In this document: positions 55,132 through 63,990 of the stretch, one piece after another
How the letters are laid out: every line of letters starts with the position of its first letter
Position numbering within the stretch: the first letter of the stretch is position 1
NCBI GenBank assembly: GCA_021811435.1
Contig: JAJZOR010000003.1
Coordinates: 20,434 to 84,433 of the forward strand
Direction: 5' to 3'
Length of the DNA stretch: 64,000 bases
Source: Candidatus Micrarchaeota archaeon
Lineage (GTDB): Archaea > Micrarchaeota > Micrarchaeia > Micrarchaeales > Micrarchaeaceae
Translations under genes and position numbers: made by a program
Notes under the pieces: model-generated
The model's input: the letters and a program-made list of their open reading frames with translations, nothing else
Told to the model about the DNA's origin: nothing
The model's database searches: none

Positions 55132-55783
55132 GCTCGGCGTCGTCTATTACGTAAGTTCCGACCTGACCGTCCCAGACCGTGTGCGCTTTCCTTATTTTTA
55201 TCCTTTTGGTGAACAAAGGCGCATCTAGGACGAAGGACTCGGCTTCTCCACCTTCGAACGACATGTTTATTTTATACTTGCTCTGCAATTTAATAAGTCT
55301 TTCTATCATATCGCCATCGATTCTTTTGCCCAAGAAGCTTTGGTCGAATCCCTCTGCAGCCACGTGGGTTACGATGGCATTGAAACTAGACGCTATCTCT
55401 CTAAGTTCATCTAACGGATTTATGCCCCAGAGAGGCGATATGACCTTTATTTCATGTCTTGCGCAGATTGTTTCTATGCGATCTTTCTGGTATCTGCTAG
55501 CTACCGCCCCTGTGATAAGCTCGCTGACACCGCTTTTGACTATTATATCTTCAAGATCGCTTAGCTCCGCCTCCTTCTCGCCCTTTGTTTTACTAACCAT
55601 GTGCCTTAGGCCAAGCGCTTCGGCCTGCATATGCGTGAACTCGACCGCAGGCTTGTGGAACATGTAGCTGTACTCGTTTTCGGTCACCATAGTTATTAGA
55701 AGATCTACGCGTTTGCCGGCATCCACGACTTTGTGCAGCGCCAGCGTGGAATCCTTGCCACCGCTGAAAAGGCAGCCTATCAT
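55118..55783 (-). CDS. dph6: diphthine-ammonia ligase-like PP-loop ATPase (MJ0570/Dph6 family)
   Basis: SGGKDS PP-loop, GA..S.YQ..R....C, EGGE.E. Confidence 0.75.
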   Translation of the reverse strand: MIGCLFSGGKDSTLALHKVVDAGKRVDLLITMVTENEYSYMFHKPAVEFTHMQAEALGLRHMVSKTKGEKEAELSDLEDIIVKSGVSELITGAVASRYQKDRIETICARHEIKVISPLWGINPLDELREIASSFNAIVTHVAAEGFDQSFLGKRIDGDMIERLIKLQSKYKINMSFEGGEAESFVLDAPLFTKRIKIRKAHTVWDGQVGTYVIDDAELEVK

Positions 55784-56448
55784 TTAACCAACCCTTTTCT
55801 GCCCGCGTCGCTGGAAGGGCAGATATCATTGAGCACGCACCTTGCACAATATTTTACTCTTGCAGTGCAGACATCCCTGCCCAACGCTATGAAGAGCAGC
55901 GATATGTTGCCCCATTCGGCCGTTGGCGTGATCTTCATTACGGCGCTTTCGATTTTTCTTGGGTCCCTGGAGTTCACAATTCCCAGCCTGTTGGAAACCG
56001 TAGTGCAGTGGGTGTCTATAGCTATGCCTTCGTTGATGCCGAAGGCGTTGGAGAGCACCACGTTCGCGGTCTTGCGGCCTACGCCGGGCATTTCGGTCAG
56101 CTCTTCTATTGTATGCGGCACAGAAGAATCAAACCTGCTCGCTAGAACCTTGGCTGCCTCTACTACGTGTTTGGCCTTGCTGCGATACAAGCCGAGCGTC
56201 TTTATATAAGGATAAAGCTCTTTAGGCTTGGCTTCCGCAAATGACGCCACGCTCTTGAACTCCTTGAAGAGTTTGCCGGTAACCTTGTTCACCTGCATGT
56301 CTTGGGATTGCGCGGAAAGTATCGTTGCAACCAAAAGCTGCCACGGATCCCCGTGATCAAGCGATGTCCGCATTTGGGCATGGTATCTGGCCTTGAGCCT
56401 CTTTAAAACGAGCTTTATTAGTTCCTCTTTTGATGGCACGGTTACCAC
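55780..56448 (-). CDS. nth: endonuclease III
   Basis: HhH motif LTEMPGVGRKTANVVL and the 4Fe-4S cluster C-x6-C-x2-C-x5-C (CTARVKYCARCVLNDIC). Confidence 0.9.
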   Translation of the reverse strand: MVTVPSKEELIKLVLKRLKARYHAQMRTSLDHGDPWQLLVATILSAQSQDMQVNKVTGKLFKEFKSVASFAEAKPKELYPYIKTLGLYRSKAKHVVEAAKVLASRFDSSVPHTIEELTEMPGVGRKTANVVLSNAFGINEGIAIDTHCTTVSNRLGIVNSRDPRKIESAVMKITPTAEWGNISLLFIALGRDVCTARVKYCARCVLNDICPSSDAGRKGLVK

Positions 56449-56454
56449 AGGCGG

Positions 56455-56919
56455 TTAAACGTCTAAGACTACGCTGGCCTTCAAAAGGCCGCTTGAAGCG
56501 TTTATGTGCATATCGTATTTTGATATGCCTTTTACATCAAGCTGCGCCGATTCCGCGGATCCGGACTTGCAAAGTATCACTGCGCCTGCTTTGTACCATC
56601 TGCCGCCCCTTTTCACGTTCATTGCCTTGACCCTGTACGCCAAGAGCCCATCGGCGCTGGACAGAGAAAGCGACCGCTGAAGAATCCTCCAGAGGAGATC
56701 CTCGGCTGAGTATGATGAAGTATTAATTCTTAAACTTCTGACGCCAGTTGTTTGCTTGGAAACCGCTTTGGTATCGGCCATCGCATTGAATAGCGCCAGA
56801 GCGGCGTTCCTGAATAGTTCGCTCATCGTCTTACCGTATGCGAAGAATTCGATGTCTGCAGTATGCTTCACGTATTCGTATTTTGGCTTTTTTTTAGACG
56901 ACGCGGACATCAGGTTCAC
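56455..56919 (-). CDS. archease
   Basis: Y....HTADIEF.A.G.T..ELF.NAA.A pattern; 154 aa. Confidence 0.8.
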   Translation of the reverse strand: MNLMSASSKKKPKYEYVKHTADIEFFAYGKTMSELFRNAALALFNAMADTKAVSKQTTGVRSLRINTSSYSAEDLLWRILQRSLSLSSADGLLAYRVKAMNVKRGGRWYKAGAVILCKSGSAESAQLDVKGISKYDMHINASSGLLKASVVLDV

Positions 56920-57026
56920 GCAATAGTTATTAATCCTTAGGTATAAATTATCTCTGTCCTGTGAGGAAAAGAGTAACTACTGAAAAGTGATGAAGCCCAT
57001 TTCGGCTGAGGACTAAAGGTGTTCGG

Positions 57027-58631
57027 TTGGTCATTAAAAAAGCGGTCGCCGATTATAGGGCCAAGCTTTTTGGAATGGCAGCCCTTCTGGTCGCATTTTT
57101 GATCGGTTTTGCGCCTTCGCTTGGCATAACAAGCCTTACAATAAGTGACAGCGATCCAAACACGTACATAGCCGTAGTAATGTTGATGCTGCCCCTGTTC
57201 CTTATTTTCTCGCTCAAGGAGGAACTTCATTTCAGTTTCGAAATTAGGAGGGTAATGTACGGAATTGCAGTTTTCGTTGTCTTCATAGCGGCACTGTCTT
57301 ATATACGCGTAGCATCCTCATATCTTTTCGGGCTTTATAGGATAGATGCGCTTATGTCGGCCTTGTTTCTGGCCGCACTGATACTGGTAATTTTCGGAGT
57401 AGACGGTTTGAGGAAACTTAAGTTTACCGTCGTGTATGCCCTGTTTACATCGCCCCTGCTTCTTACGCCAGTCATTGCGCTGAATGACAGCTTCACCGCA
57501 GGAAGCGCTGCAGGGGTTTATTGGTTGCTCCAGCTTTTCGGGCTGCATGTATCGGGCAATGGCATACTATCCGCGGGTACCTTGTCGGTACCGATAACTA
57601 TAGCGAGTACGTGCGCCGACCTGGGCCTATTCATAGCGCTGGTCATGCTATTAGTACCTATAGCCTATCTTTTCAGGGGCAAGATCCAGAGGAAAGCTTT
57701 GTGGATTGCATCAGCGGTAGCCCTGATGCTAATCCTTAACATCGCCAGGATGTTCTATATAGCGTACACTTGGATAACATCAGGACCGAGCGCCGGCCTG
57801 AACGTCTTTCATGCATTCGCAGGCGAATTACTTTTCTATGCTACGCTGGTTATCGTTATATTATCCGCTACGAAGTACGGGCTGACCATCGCAAAGCTCA
57901 AAAGAGCGAATAAACGCGCTACTAAAAATGCCGCTTATGACAGGACTTTGCTCATACCAATAGGCATAGCTTTGCTTATGGGACTAGTAGTGCTTTTCTT
58001 GTCTTTGCCCTATGGCGTATCGCTTAACTTGGCCCCCTTGGCGCCCGTGAATGCAACAAGCAGCGCAAGTGTGTCTATCGAGTACTTGCAAATAGCTAAC
58101 TCCCTAGCGTACGCGAGGATGAACATAGCCCAGTTAGGGCAGGCGCAGCTCAACATCACTACAGACCAAGGCGCGGAAAGCTACCTCTTTTCGCTTTCTA
58201 ATTCGACTTACACTGGCAATAATTCGGTTTTCGCAATAGTGACGCCTGACAGCTTTCCTGCCCCCGGATTCGTCCTGCCGAGCGGCGGCAAAACGATTAA
58301 GTCAGGCGCCGTGCTCCTGAACAACGGCATTTCACTGCACGAATCCTTGGTATCGAACGGCACGTATCTTGATGTGGCTTATTTCTCAATACCTTATGCG
58401 GTGACGAAGCCAGGAACGGGCGCGAATCCATCGAACGATTACATAAATTACCAGTTTATCGCCACTGCTTCGAACCGAGAGGGAAACGGTGTCCCATATT
58501 GCAGCTTCAATGTAAGCCCGGCCAACTATTTCGAAAGCGCAGTCTATAATTTCCTCAGCGGCGGCACGCAACTCCAGGGAATGCCTAGCGCGATGTGCCC
58601 GGGATATAGAGTGGCCAGCCAACTAGGCTGA
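57027..58631 (+). CDS. archaeosortase/exosortase-family protein with a long C-terminal extracytoplasmic domain
   Basis: Candidate Cys/Arg/His triad in the typical order: IASTCADLG, LNIARM, FHAFAGELLF. About 8 TM helices, then one more TM and about 220 soluble residues. Confidence 0.65.
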   Translation: MVIKKAVADYRAKLFGMAALLVAFLIGFAPSLGITSLTISDSDPNTYIAVVMLMLPLFLIFSLKEELHFSFEIRRVMYGIAVFVVFIAALSYIRVASSYLFGLYRIDALMSALFLAALILVIFGVDGLRKLKFTVVYALFTSPLLLTPVIALNDSFTAGSAAGVYWLLQLFGLHVSGNGILSAGTLSVPITIASTCADLGLFIALVMLLVPIAYLFRGKIQRKALWIASAVALMLILNIARMFYIAYTWITSGPSAGLNVFHAFAGELLFYATLVIVILSATKYGLTIAKLKRANKRATKNAAYDRTLLIPIGIALLMGLVVLFLSLPYGVSLNLAPLAPVNATSSASVSIEYLQIANSLAYARMNIAQLGQAQLNITTDQGAESYLFSLSNSTYTGNNSVFAIVTPDSFPAPGFVLPSGGKTIKSGAVLLNNGISLHESLVSNGTYLDVAYFSIPYAVTKPGTGANPSNDYINYQFIATASNREGNGVPYCSFNVSPANYFESAVYNFLSGGTQLQGMPSAMCPGYRVASQLG

Positions 58632-58638
58632 AGGCGTT

Positions 58639-59607
58639 TTGATGGAATTTGAATTCTCAGCGGGCATTTTGGTTTACAGGTACAGGGCTTCGAAGCGTGA
58701 GTTCCTTTTCCTTGAGAACCCGGAAGGGTGGCTTGACCTTCCTAAAGGCCATATAGAGAAAGGGGAAAGCGCAATTGAGGCGGCGGTCAGGGAGACGGCA
58801 GAAGAGTCCGGACTTTCAATAGAACCGGACCGCTTCTTCCGTGAGGGGATGGCGTACTGGTTCATCAGGGACAGGGTCAAGGTGAAAAAAACCCTTATAG
58901 TTTTCATTGGGATGGCGAGCGCGGATTCCAAAGTCAAGATATCGGATGAACATACGGGCTACAGGTGGCTGGAACTCGAAACGGCGATGCATAGGCTCAA
59001 GTTCAAAAACCAGATTGAATTGGTTAAAAATGGCGCCATTTATCTAGACAAGGCTGAACGACTGAAGAAACTTAACACAATGTATTCGGATCTGTGCGCG
59101 AAACAGGGCGATTGGCAGCTAAGCAGGAATTTCGTGCCTGGGGAAGGGCGCGCTGACGCAAACGTGATGCTGGTCGGGCAGGCACCCGGAGCGGAGGAGG
59201 ACGCCAAGGGGAGGCCCTTCGTAGGCAGGAGCGGCAGCCTTTTGGATAAGCTCATAAAGAAAGCCGGGCTGAGCAGGGATGGGCTTTATATAACCAGCGT
59301 TGTGCAGTTCTTCCCGCCTAAGAACAGGGTCCCGTCCGACCCGGAGATAGCGCTGTGTGTGCCTTTCCTAATGCGGCAAATAGAAATAGTTGACCCTAAG
59401 CTGGTAGTGCTGCTCGGCGCAGTGGCGGCCAAAGCAGTAGCAGGGGTGGAATCTGTTTCTAAGGCGCATGGCACGCTCGTTGAGCGCAGGGGGCGCAAGT
59501 TCTTCATCACGCTCCATCCAGCGGCTGCGGTAAGGATAAGTACGAATATGCCGTTGATTGAATCGGATTTCATTAAGCTCAAGAGCGTAATCAAAAGGAT
59601 TGAGTAA
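58639..59607 (+). CDS. Nudix hydrolase fused to a family 4/5 uracil-DNA glycosylase
   Basis: Nudix box GHIEKGESAIEAAVRETAEESGL. C-terminal half: GEGRADANVMLVGQAPGAEEDAKGRPFVGRSG ... LHPAA. Confidence 0.8.
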   Translation: MMEFEFSAGILVYRYRASKREFLFLENPEGWLDLPKGHIEKGESAIEAAVRETAEESGLSIEPDRFFREGMAYWFIRDRVKVKKTLIVFIGMASADSKVKISDEHTGYRWLELETAMHRLKFKNQIELVKNGAIYLDKAERLKKLNTMYSDLCAKQGDWQLSRNFVPGEGRADANVMLVGQAPGAEEDAKGRPFVGRSGSLLDKLIKKAGLSRDGLYITSVVQFFPPKNRVPSDPEIALCVPFLMRQIEIVDPKLVVLLGAVAAKAVAGVESVSKAHGTLVERRGRKFFITLHPAAAVRISTNMPLIESDFIKLKSVIKRIE

Positions 59608-59610
59608 ACG

Positions 59611-61029
59611 CTACTTCTGCCTTTTCTCCATAGGGAAAGGTATTACCTCTTTTATGGACTGCTTGTTGGTAAGCAGCATCACCAATCTGTCCACGCCCAA
59701 GCCTAGGCCCCCGGTAGGCGGCATCCCGTATTCCATGGCATCCACGAAATCCTTGTCTAGCGGCTCTGCCTCCTTGTCGCCGGAAAGCGCCCTTTCCTCC
59801 TGCAGCTCGAAATTTTTCTTTTGTATGAATGGATTGTTAAGTTCTGAGTAGGCATTGACCAGCTCCATGCCTGCGGCGTATAGCTCGAAACGCTCCACAA
59901 GTTCAGGGTTGCCGCGCTTCGGCCTGGTAAGGGGGGAAGTTTCCCTCGGGAAGTCTATGACGAAAGTAGGGTTGGTAAGCTCGGGCTGGACTAGCGTCTC
60001 TAATAGTTTCTCATATGCGTGTGCCCTGTTACGCTTCCCCTTTTCGAACCTTATGCCATGCGACTCAGCGGCCTTGAACAGCTCTTCGTCGCCTAGCCTT
60101 AGTATGTCGACGCCAAGTTTCTGGTTTATGCTCCCGACGAAGCTCAATCGCTTGAAAGGCGGCTCGAAATCCACTTCCAGGTCGCCGTACTTAAGTCTGC
60201 TCGACTGGCACACTCCTTTCGCTATATTGTAGAGCATGCTTTCGGTGAGTTCCATCATCTCGTTATAATCAGTATACGCTTGGTATAATTCCACCATTGT
60301 GAACTCCGGACTGTGCGTCGTGTCTATATCTTCGTTCCTGAAAGCCTTGTAAATCTCGTACACCTTGTTAAATCCGCCGATGACCAGCCTCTTCAGGTAG
60401 AGCTCGTTCGCTATCCTTAGGTAGTCCTCCTCGCCCAGCGTATTCACGAAGGTCTTGAACGGCTCGGCGTCAGCCCCACCATAGAGCGGCTGTATCACTG
60501 GCGTCTCGATCTCTATGAACCCCAGATTATCCAGAAACGTTCTTATCGACTTTATAGCATTGCTTCTTTTCCTGAATATCCCCCTCACTTCGGGATTCAC
60601 TATAAGGTCAAGGAAACGCTTTCTGTACCTTAGTTCCACGTCCTGCAGCCCGTGCCACTTGTCTGGTAGCTGCTTCAGCGCCTTGGCCAAAAGCGCAACG
60701 TCGCCAACCTTGACGGTTATCTCGCCCGCCTTTGTCTTGAATACGCTGCCCAGAACGCCTATTATATCTCCGGAATTGTACGATTTTATCTGGGAGAACT
60801 TAGCCTCGCCCATCGAAGCGAAATCTACGTAGCACTGTATCTTGCCCGTTTCATCCAGTAGGTCCAAAAAAATCAGCTTGCCTGAAGCCCTCACTGCAAC
60901 TATGCGGCCGGCCAAAGAGACCTCTTTACCCTCGTATCTTTCGTAGTCCCCTCTTATCGCGGCTGCGTTGTCCTTGACATCGTAAGAGTAAGGCAAGCTT
61001 GATATCAGCTCGCTGAAAGGCTCTTCCAT
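59611..61029 (-). CDS. lysS: lysyl-tRNA synthetase, class II
   Basis: OB-fold N-terminus (VSLAGRIVAVRASGKLIFLDL), motif 2 FRNEDIDTTHSPEFTMVELYQAY, motif 3 GGLGLGVDRLVMLL. Confidence 0.9.
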   Translation of the reverse strand: MEEPFSELISSLPYSYDVKDNAAAIRGDYERYEGKEVSLAGRIVAVRASGKLIFLDLLDETGKIQCYVDFASMGEAKFSQIKSYNSGDIIGVLGSVFKTKAGEITVKVGDVALLAKALKQLPDKWHGLQDVELRYRKRFLDLIVNPEVRGIFRKRSNAIKSIRTFLDNLGFIEIETPVIQPLYGGADAEPFKTFVNTLGEEDYLRIANELYLKRLVIGGFNKVYEIYKAFRNEDIDTTHSPEFTMVELYQAYTDYNEMMELTESMLYNIAKGVCQSSRLKYGDLEVDFEPPFKRLSFVGSINQKLGVDILRLGDEELFKAAESHGIRFEKGKRNRAHAYEKLLETLVQPELTNPTFVIDFPRETSPLTRPKRGNPELVERFELYAAGMELVNAYSELNNPFIQKKNFELQEERALSGDKEAEPLDKDFVDAMEYGMPPTGGLGLGVDRLVMLLTNKQSIKEVIPFPMEKRQK

Positions 61030-61058
61030 CGAATCCCGTTAGAGCAATAAACTGGCAG

Positions 61059-62390
61059 CTACTTCTTGAACAGCTTGGAGTTTGCATTATGGACCGCCTG
61101 CTCAAATATGTCCATGCCGCTGGCAAGCACCTTGTCGTCTATTGTTAATGTCGGTATTATCCTTATGCACGACTGGCCTGCCGGAAGCACTATCAAGCCG
61201 TTGGCGAAGCATTCGTCCGCTATGTCGTCCTTCTCCTTCACCGCGGGATCCTTCGTCTTCCTGTCCCTTACGAATTCCACGCCTATCATAAGGCCTATGC
61301 CCCTCACATCCCCTATTATCTCGTACTTGTCCTTCATCTCCTCCAGCCTTTTCATCACGTAGGCGCCCTTCCTTATTATGCCCGTCTGGAGGGCGGGCAT
61401 GTTCTTGTTAATGTAATCCAGCGACGCTTCGGCTCCGGCTATGGCCAGCAGATTGCCGCCGAAGGTGGTAGAATGCGATCCGGCCGGTATGTCTCCGAGT
61501 GAACCCCTGACCAGCGTGGCACCCATCGGCACGCCTCCGCCGATTGACTTGGCCATTGTGTATATGTCGGCCTCTACACCGAAATTATCCATAGCGAAGA
61601 ACTTGCCTGTCCTCATGTAGCCCGCCTGCACTTCATCTGACACCAGCAGCGCGCCTGCATCGTCAGCTATTTTCCTGACCTCCTTTACGAATTCCTTGGG
61701 CGGCACTACATAACCCCCTTCGCCCTGTATAGGCTCCATTACTATGGCGGCAAGCTCTTTCTTCGAAACCTCTTTTGCTAGAGGGTATTTTCTTATGTAG
61801 TCGGCGCACTCTATGCCGCACGATGGGTATTCTAGATGCAGCGGGCACCTGTAGCAGTAAGCGTACGGGGCATGCACGGAAGCGTTGAATGGCCCGAACA
61901 TCTCCTTTTGGACTATTTTGGATGCGGTAAGGGAGAGCGAACCCAAGGTCCTACCATGGAAGCCGCCGTAAAAAGCCATGAGATATGGCCTCTTCGTGAA
62001 TATCTTCGAGAACTTTATCGCAGCTTCTACCGCCTCTGTACCGGAATTGGAAAAGAAGACCTTGCCGTTGAAGCCTGGAGGGGCCATTTTCAGCAGTTTC
62101 TCTGCAAATCTCACAGGCATTTCATTGTAGAAGTCAGCGAATGCAGGATGCATTAACTTATCGACCTGCTTCTTAATCGCATTCCTTATCTCTTTGTTGC
62201 CATTCAAGCCGAGGTTGTAGACGCTTATGAAGCTCGAAAAGTCTATGAACTTGTTGCCTTCAACATCGTACACGAATTCTCCGTCGGCATGATCCGGCAT
62301 GAATGGATATGTTTCGCGCGTGACAGTAAGTATGACTTTCGAATCCCTCTTTATTATGTCGCCTGTTTTCTTCCCAATCTTTACCTTCAT
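61059..62390 (-). CDS. class III pyridoxal-phosphate aminotransferase (GABA/acetylornithine type)
   Basis: SNSGTEAVEAA, DEVQAG..RTG, MAKSIGGG. Confidence 0.85.
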   Translation of the reverse strand: MKVKIGKKTGDIIKRDSKVILTVTRETYPFMPDHADGEFVYDVEGNKFIDFSSFISVYNLGLNGNKEIRNAIKKQVDKLMHPAFADFYNEMPVRFAEKLLKMAPPGFNGKVFFSNSGTEAVEAAIKFSKIFTKRPYLMAFYGGFHGRTLGSLSLTASKIVQKEMFGPFNASVHAPYAYCYRCPLHLEYPSCGIECADYIRKYPLAKEVSKKELAAIVMEPIQGEGGYVVPPKEFVKEVRKIADDAGALLVSDEVQAGYMRTGKFFAMDNFGVEADIYTMAKSIGGGVPMGATLVRGSLGDIPAGSHSTTFGGNLLAIAGAEASLDYINKNMPALQTGIIRKGAYVMKRLEEMKDKYEIIGDVRGIGLMIGVEFVRDRKTKDPAVKEKDDIADECFANGLIVLPAGQSCIRIIPTLTIDDKVLASGMDIFEQAVHNANSKLFKK

Positions 62391-62522
62391 GAAATCAACC
62401 GCTTTTATTGCGGGAATAAAATATATATTGGTTGTTATATTTCAGGGCGTTGCCGCCCTTCTGGTTTTAGCCGCCTTGCCAGTATGTTTGCCCGCAACGG
62501 GCAAAATTCCACTCCTAAATTT

Positions 62523-62560
62523 AAAAAAGAGCCTGCAGGTTCTCGATGCAGGCTCCTTTT
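62523..62560 (-). terminator. intrinsic-terminator-like hairpin flanked by A and T runs
   Basis: AAAAAA GAGCCTGCA ggttctcga TGCAGGCTC CTTTT. Perfect 9-bp stem directly after the stop of 62560-63123. On the minus strand it is followed by U6. Confidence 0.5.
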
Positions 62561-63123
62561 CACTGTGGGGGTGAAAGAATAAGCAGTTTAGTCGCCTTGC
62601 CAGCATCAAATTTGTAATAAACTCTGTGACCTAGCTGATATCTTTCAAGCAAGCCTGCCTTGTGCAACTTGTTTAGCCGAGTGCATGCCGCATTGCGTCC
62701 TTTGTAGTGGAGTTTGCTCTTGACATCGTCTGCGCATACCATATTGTTTGGCGAGCGCTGGATCAGTTCTATTATATCGGCGTCTATCCTTGATAGGGGA
62801 AGTTCGCGGCGCGGCTCTGCGGCCTGCATTTTCGGAATCGTTTCCTGTGGGGCTATTTCCTCCTCCACCTCTGCGCCGTTCAGCTCATCCTCTATCTTAT
62901 TTATAGATTTGGACATCTGCTCAAGCAGCATGGTGGTCTTCTTATTCTCACCCATCAGGTACTTAAGCAGCACCAGCAGGTTAGAGCCGACCTTTTCTGC
63001 CTGGACGGACTTAAGCGTGCTCCTGTTTACGGTTGTCTTGCGCTTCAAGTGCTTTACTTGCCTCTTTAGATTACTTATTGAGGCAACATCCTTCTCAACT
63101 TGGCGTCTTGAGGGCATGGACAC
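62560..63123 (-). CDS. winged-helix transcriptional regulator with an N-terminal coiled-coil region
   Basis: C-terminal DADIIELIQRSPNNMVCADDV...ACTRLNKLHKAGLLERY..G.RVYY is wHTH-like (TrmB/MarR style). Confidence 0.6.
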   Translation of the reverse strand: MSMPSRRQVEKDVASISNLKRQVKHLKRKTTVNRSTLKSVQAEKVGSNLLVLLKYLMGENKKTTMLLEQMSKSINKIEDELNGAEVEEEIAPQETIPKMQAAEPRRELPLSRIDADIIELIQRSPNNMVCADDVKSKLHYKGRNAACTRLNKLHKAGLLERYQLGHRVYYKFDAGKATKLLILSPPQ

Positions 63124-63181
63124 ACCATTCGTTCGCGAATGAACTATGATTGATTGATTATTCGTTTGCTAATCTTTCACG

Positions 63182-63210
63182 ATTCATTCATGATTCTATT
63201 GTGAATGAAT
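63182..63210. promoter_or_regulatory. perfect 9-bp inverted repeat (ATTCATTCA-N11-TGAATGAAT) upstream of the regulator gene
   Basis: Read directly from the sequence. A third GAATGAA copy is at 63137-63143, and the palindrome TTCGCGAA is at 63132-63139. Confidence 0.5.
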
Positions 63211-63364
63211 AGGTATTTAAACCCTTTGTTTAGTATGGTCGGGCGGTTAAGTAGTATGTGGCGGCCCTATGCGTGCCTCTTGATACACTGATGAAATTTA
63301 TCGTGCGCGCCCAGAATAAGAAAATATAAAAGCTTAAGCGGGAAATTATTAGTTAAGTGTATTT

Positions 63365-63520
63365 ATGGCAAGTTTATATTCGCCGCAGAATCAGGCAGGC
63401 ATAATGAGTTTCTATGATGCGCCGACAAAAGGCCCAAAATTCAATCCGAAGGTAGTCCTGGCGCTCGTATTTATTTTTGCATTAATAATATTGGTCGCAA
63501 ACCATTTCATACTTGGATGA
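63365..63520 (+). CDS. preprotein translocase subunit Sec61-beta (archaeal SecG)
   Basis: Not in the ORF track (51 aa). Hand translation: MASLYSPQNQAGIMSFYDAPTKGPKFNPKVVLALVFIFALIILVANHFILG, which fits the AGL.RY.....GIKI.PK.VL plus C-terminal TM pattern. TATA AAAATATAAAAG lies ~35 nt upstream. Confidence 0.75.
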   Translation: MASLYSPQNQAGIMSFYDAPTKGPKFNPKVVLALVFIFALIILVANHFILG

Positions 63521-63531
63521 AACGGCAGGGA

Positions 63532-63990
63532 TTACTCTATCATCCTGAATACGTCCTTCCTGACCTCAGTTATGTCGCCGCTTTCCAATAGTATGTAGAG
63601 GACTGACCTTATGCCGTCTTCAGGAACGCCGGTTATTTTTGAGAGATCGGAGACGCTCATGCTCTTGTGACCTATCGCTTTTATTATCTTCGACGCGCTC
63701 TTTTCTATAAATCCCTTGAGAGCGACATAGAATTTCTTGTTGAATGCCCGAGTGCCTATTACGAGCCCACGGCGTATGCTGTCCTCGAGCGCTATAGATA
63801 GGGCAGACGCTTCCGCCTCGGTCTGGAGCACTATGAAGCCGTTGGTCTCGAGCAGGCCCATGTTTGTATCTACGCCGCCGATTTTCTTTTCCCACTCCTT
63901 GGGCCCGCTCTCCTTAAGCGGCTGGCGTACAGGCTCCTCCTTCTGCCACTTCAGCATTTCAAGCTCCTTGTCTGGAGCGAGCCCCCTCAT
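63532..63990 (-). CDS. hypothetical protein with a C-terminal winged-helix-like segment
   Basis: Track ORF. MSVSDLSKITGVPEDGIRSVLYILLESGDITE is wHTH-like. The frame stays open to the window edge, so the start is uncertain. Confidence 0.5.
   Translation of the reverse strand: MRGLAPDKELEMLKWQKEEPVRQPLKESGPKEWEKKIGGVDTNMGLLETNGFIVLQTEAEASALSIALEDSIRRGLVIGTRAFNKKFYVALKGFIEKSASKIIKAIGHKSMSVSDLSKITGVPEDGIRSVLYILLESGDITEVRKDVFRMIE

Noticed and set aside
59611-61029. Class II LysRS in an archaeon as a sign of horizontal transfer
   Set aside because: I recall that class II enzymes occur natively in several archaeal lineages, so on its own this is not unusual. It cannot be evaluated without a phylogeny.
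62389-62574. 61-aa hydrophobic plus-strand ORF (MKSTAFIAGIKYILVVIFQGVAALLVLAAL...)
   Set aside because: Its ATG overlaps the divergent aminotransferase start codon, which leaves no promoter. The region contains that gene's TATA box and the terminator hairpins.
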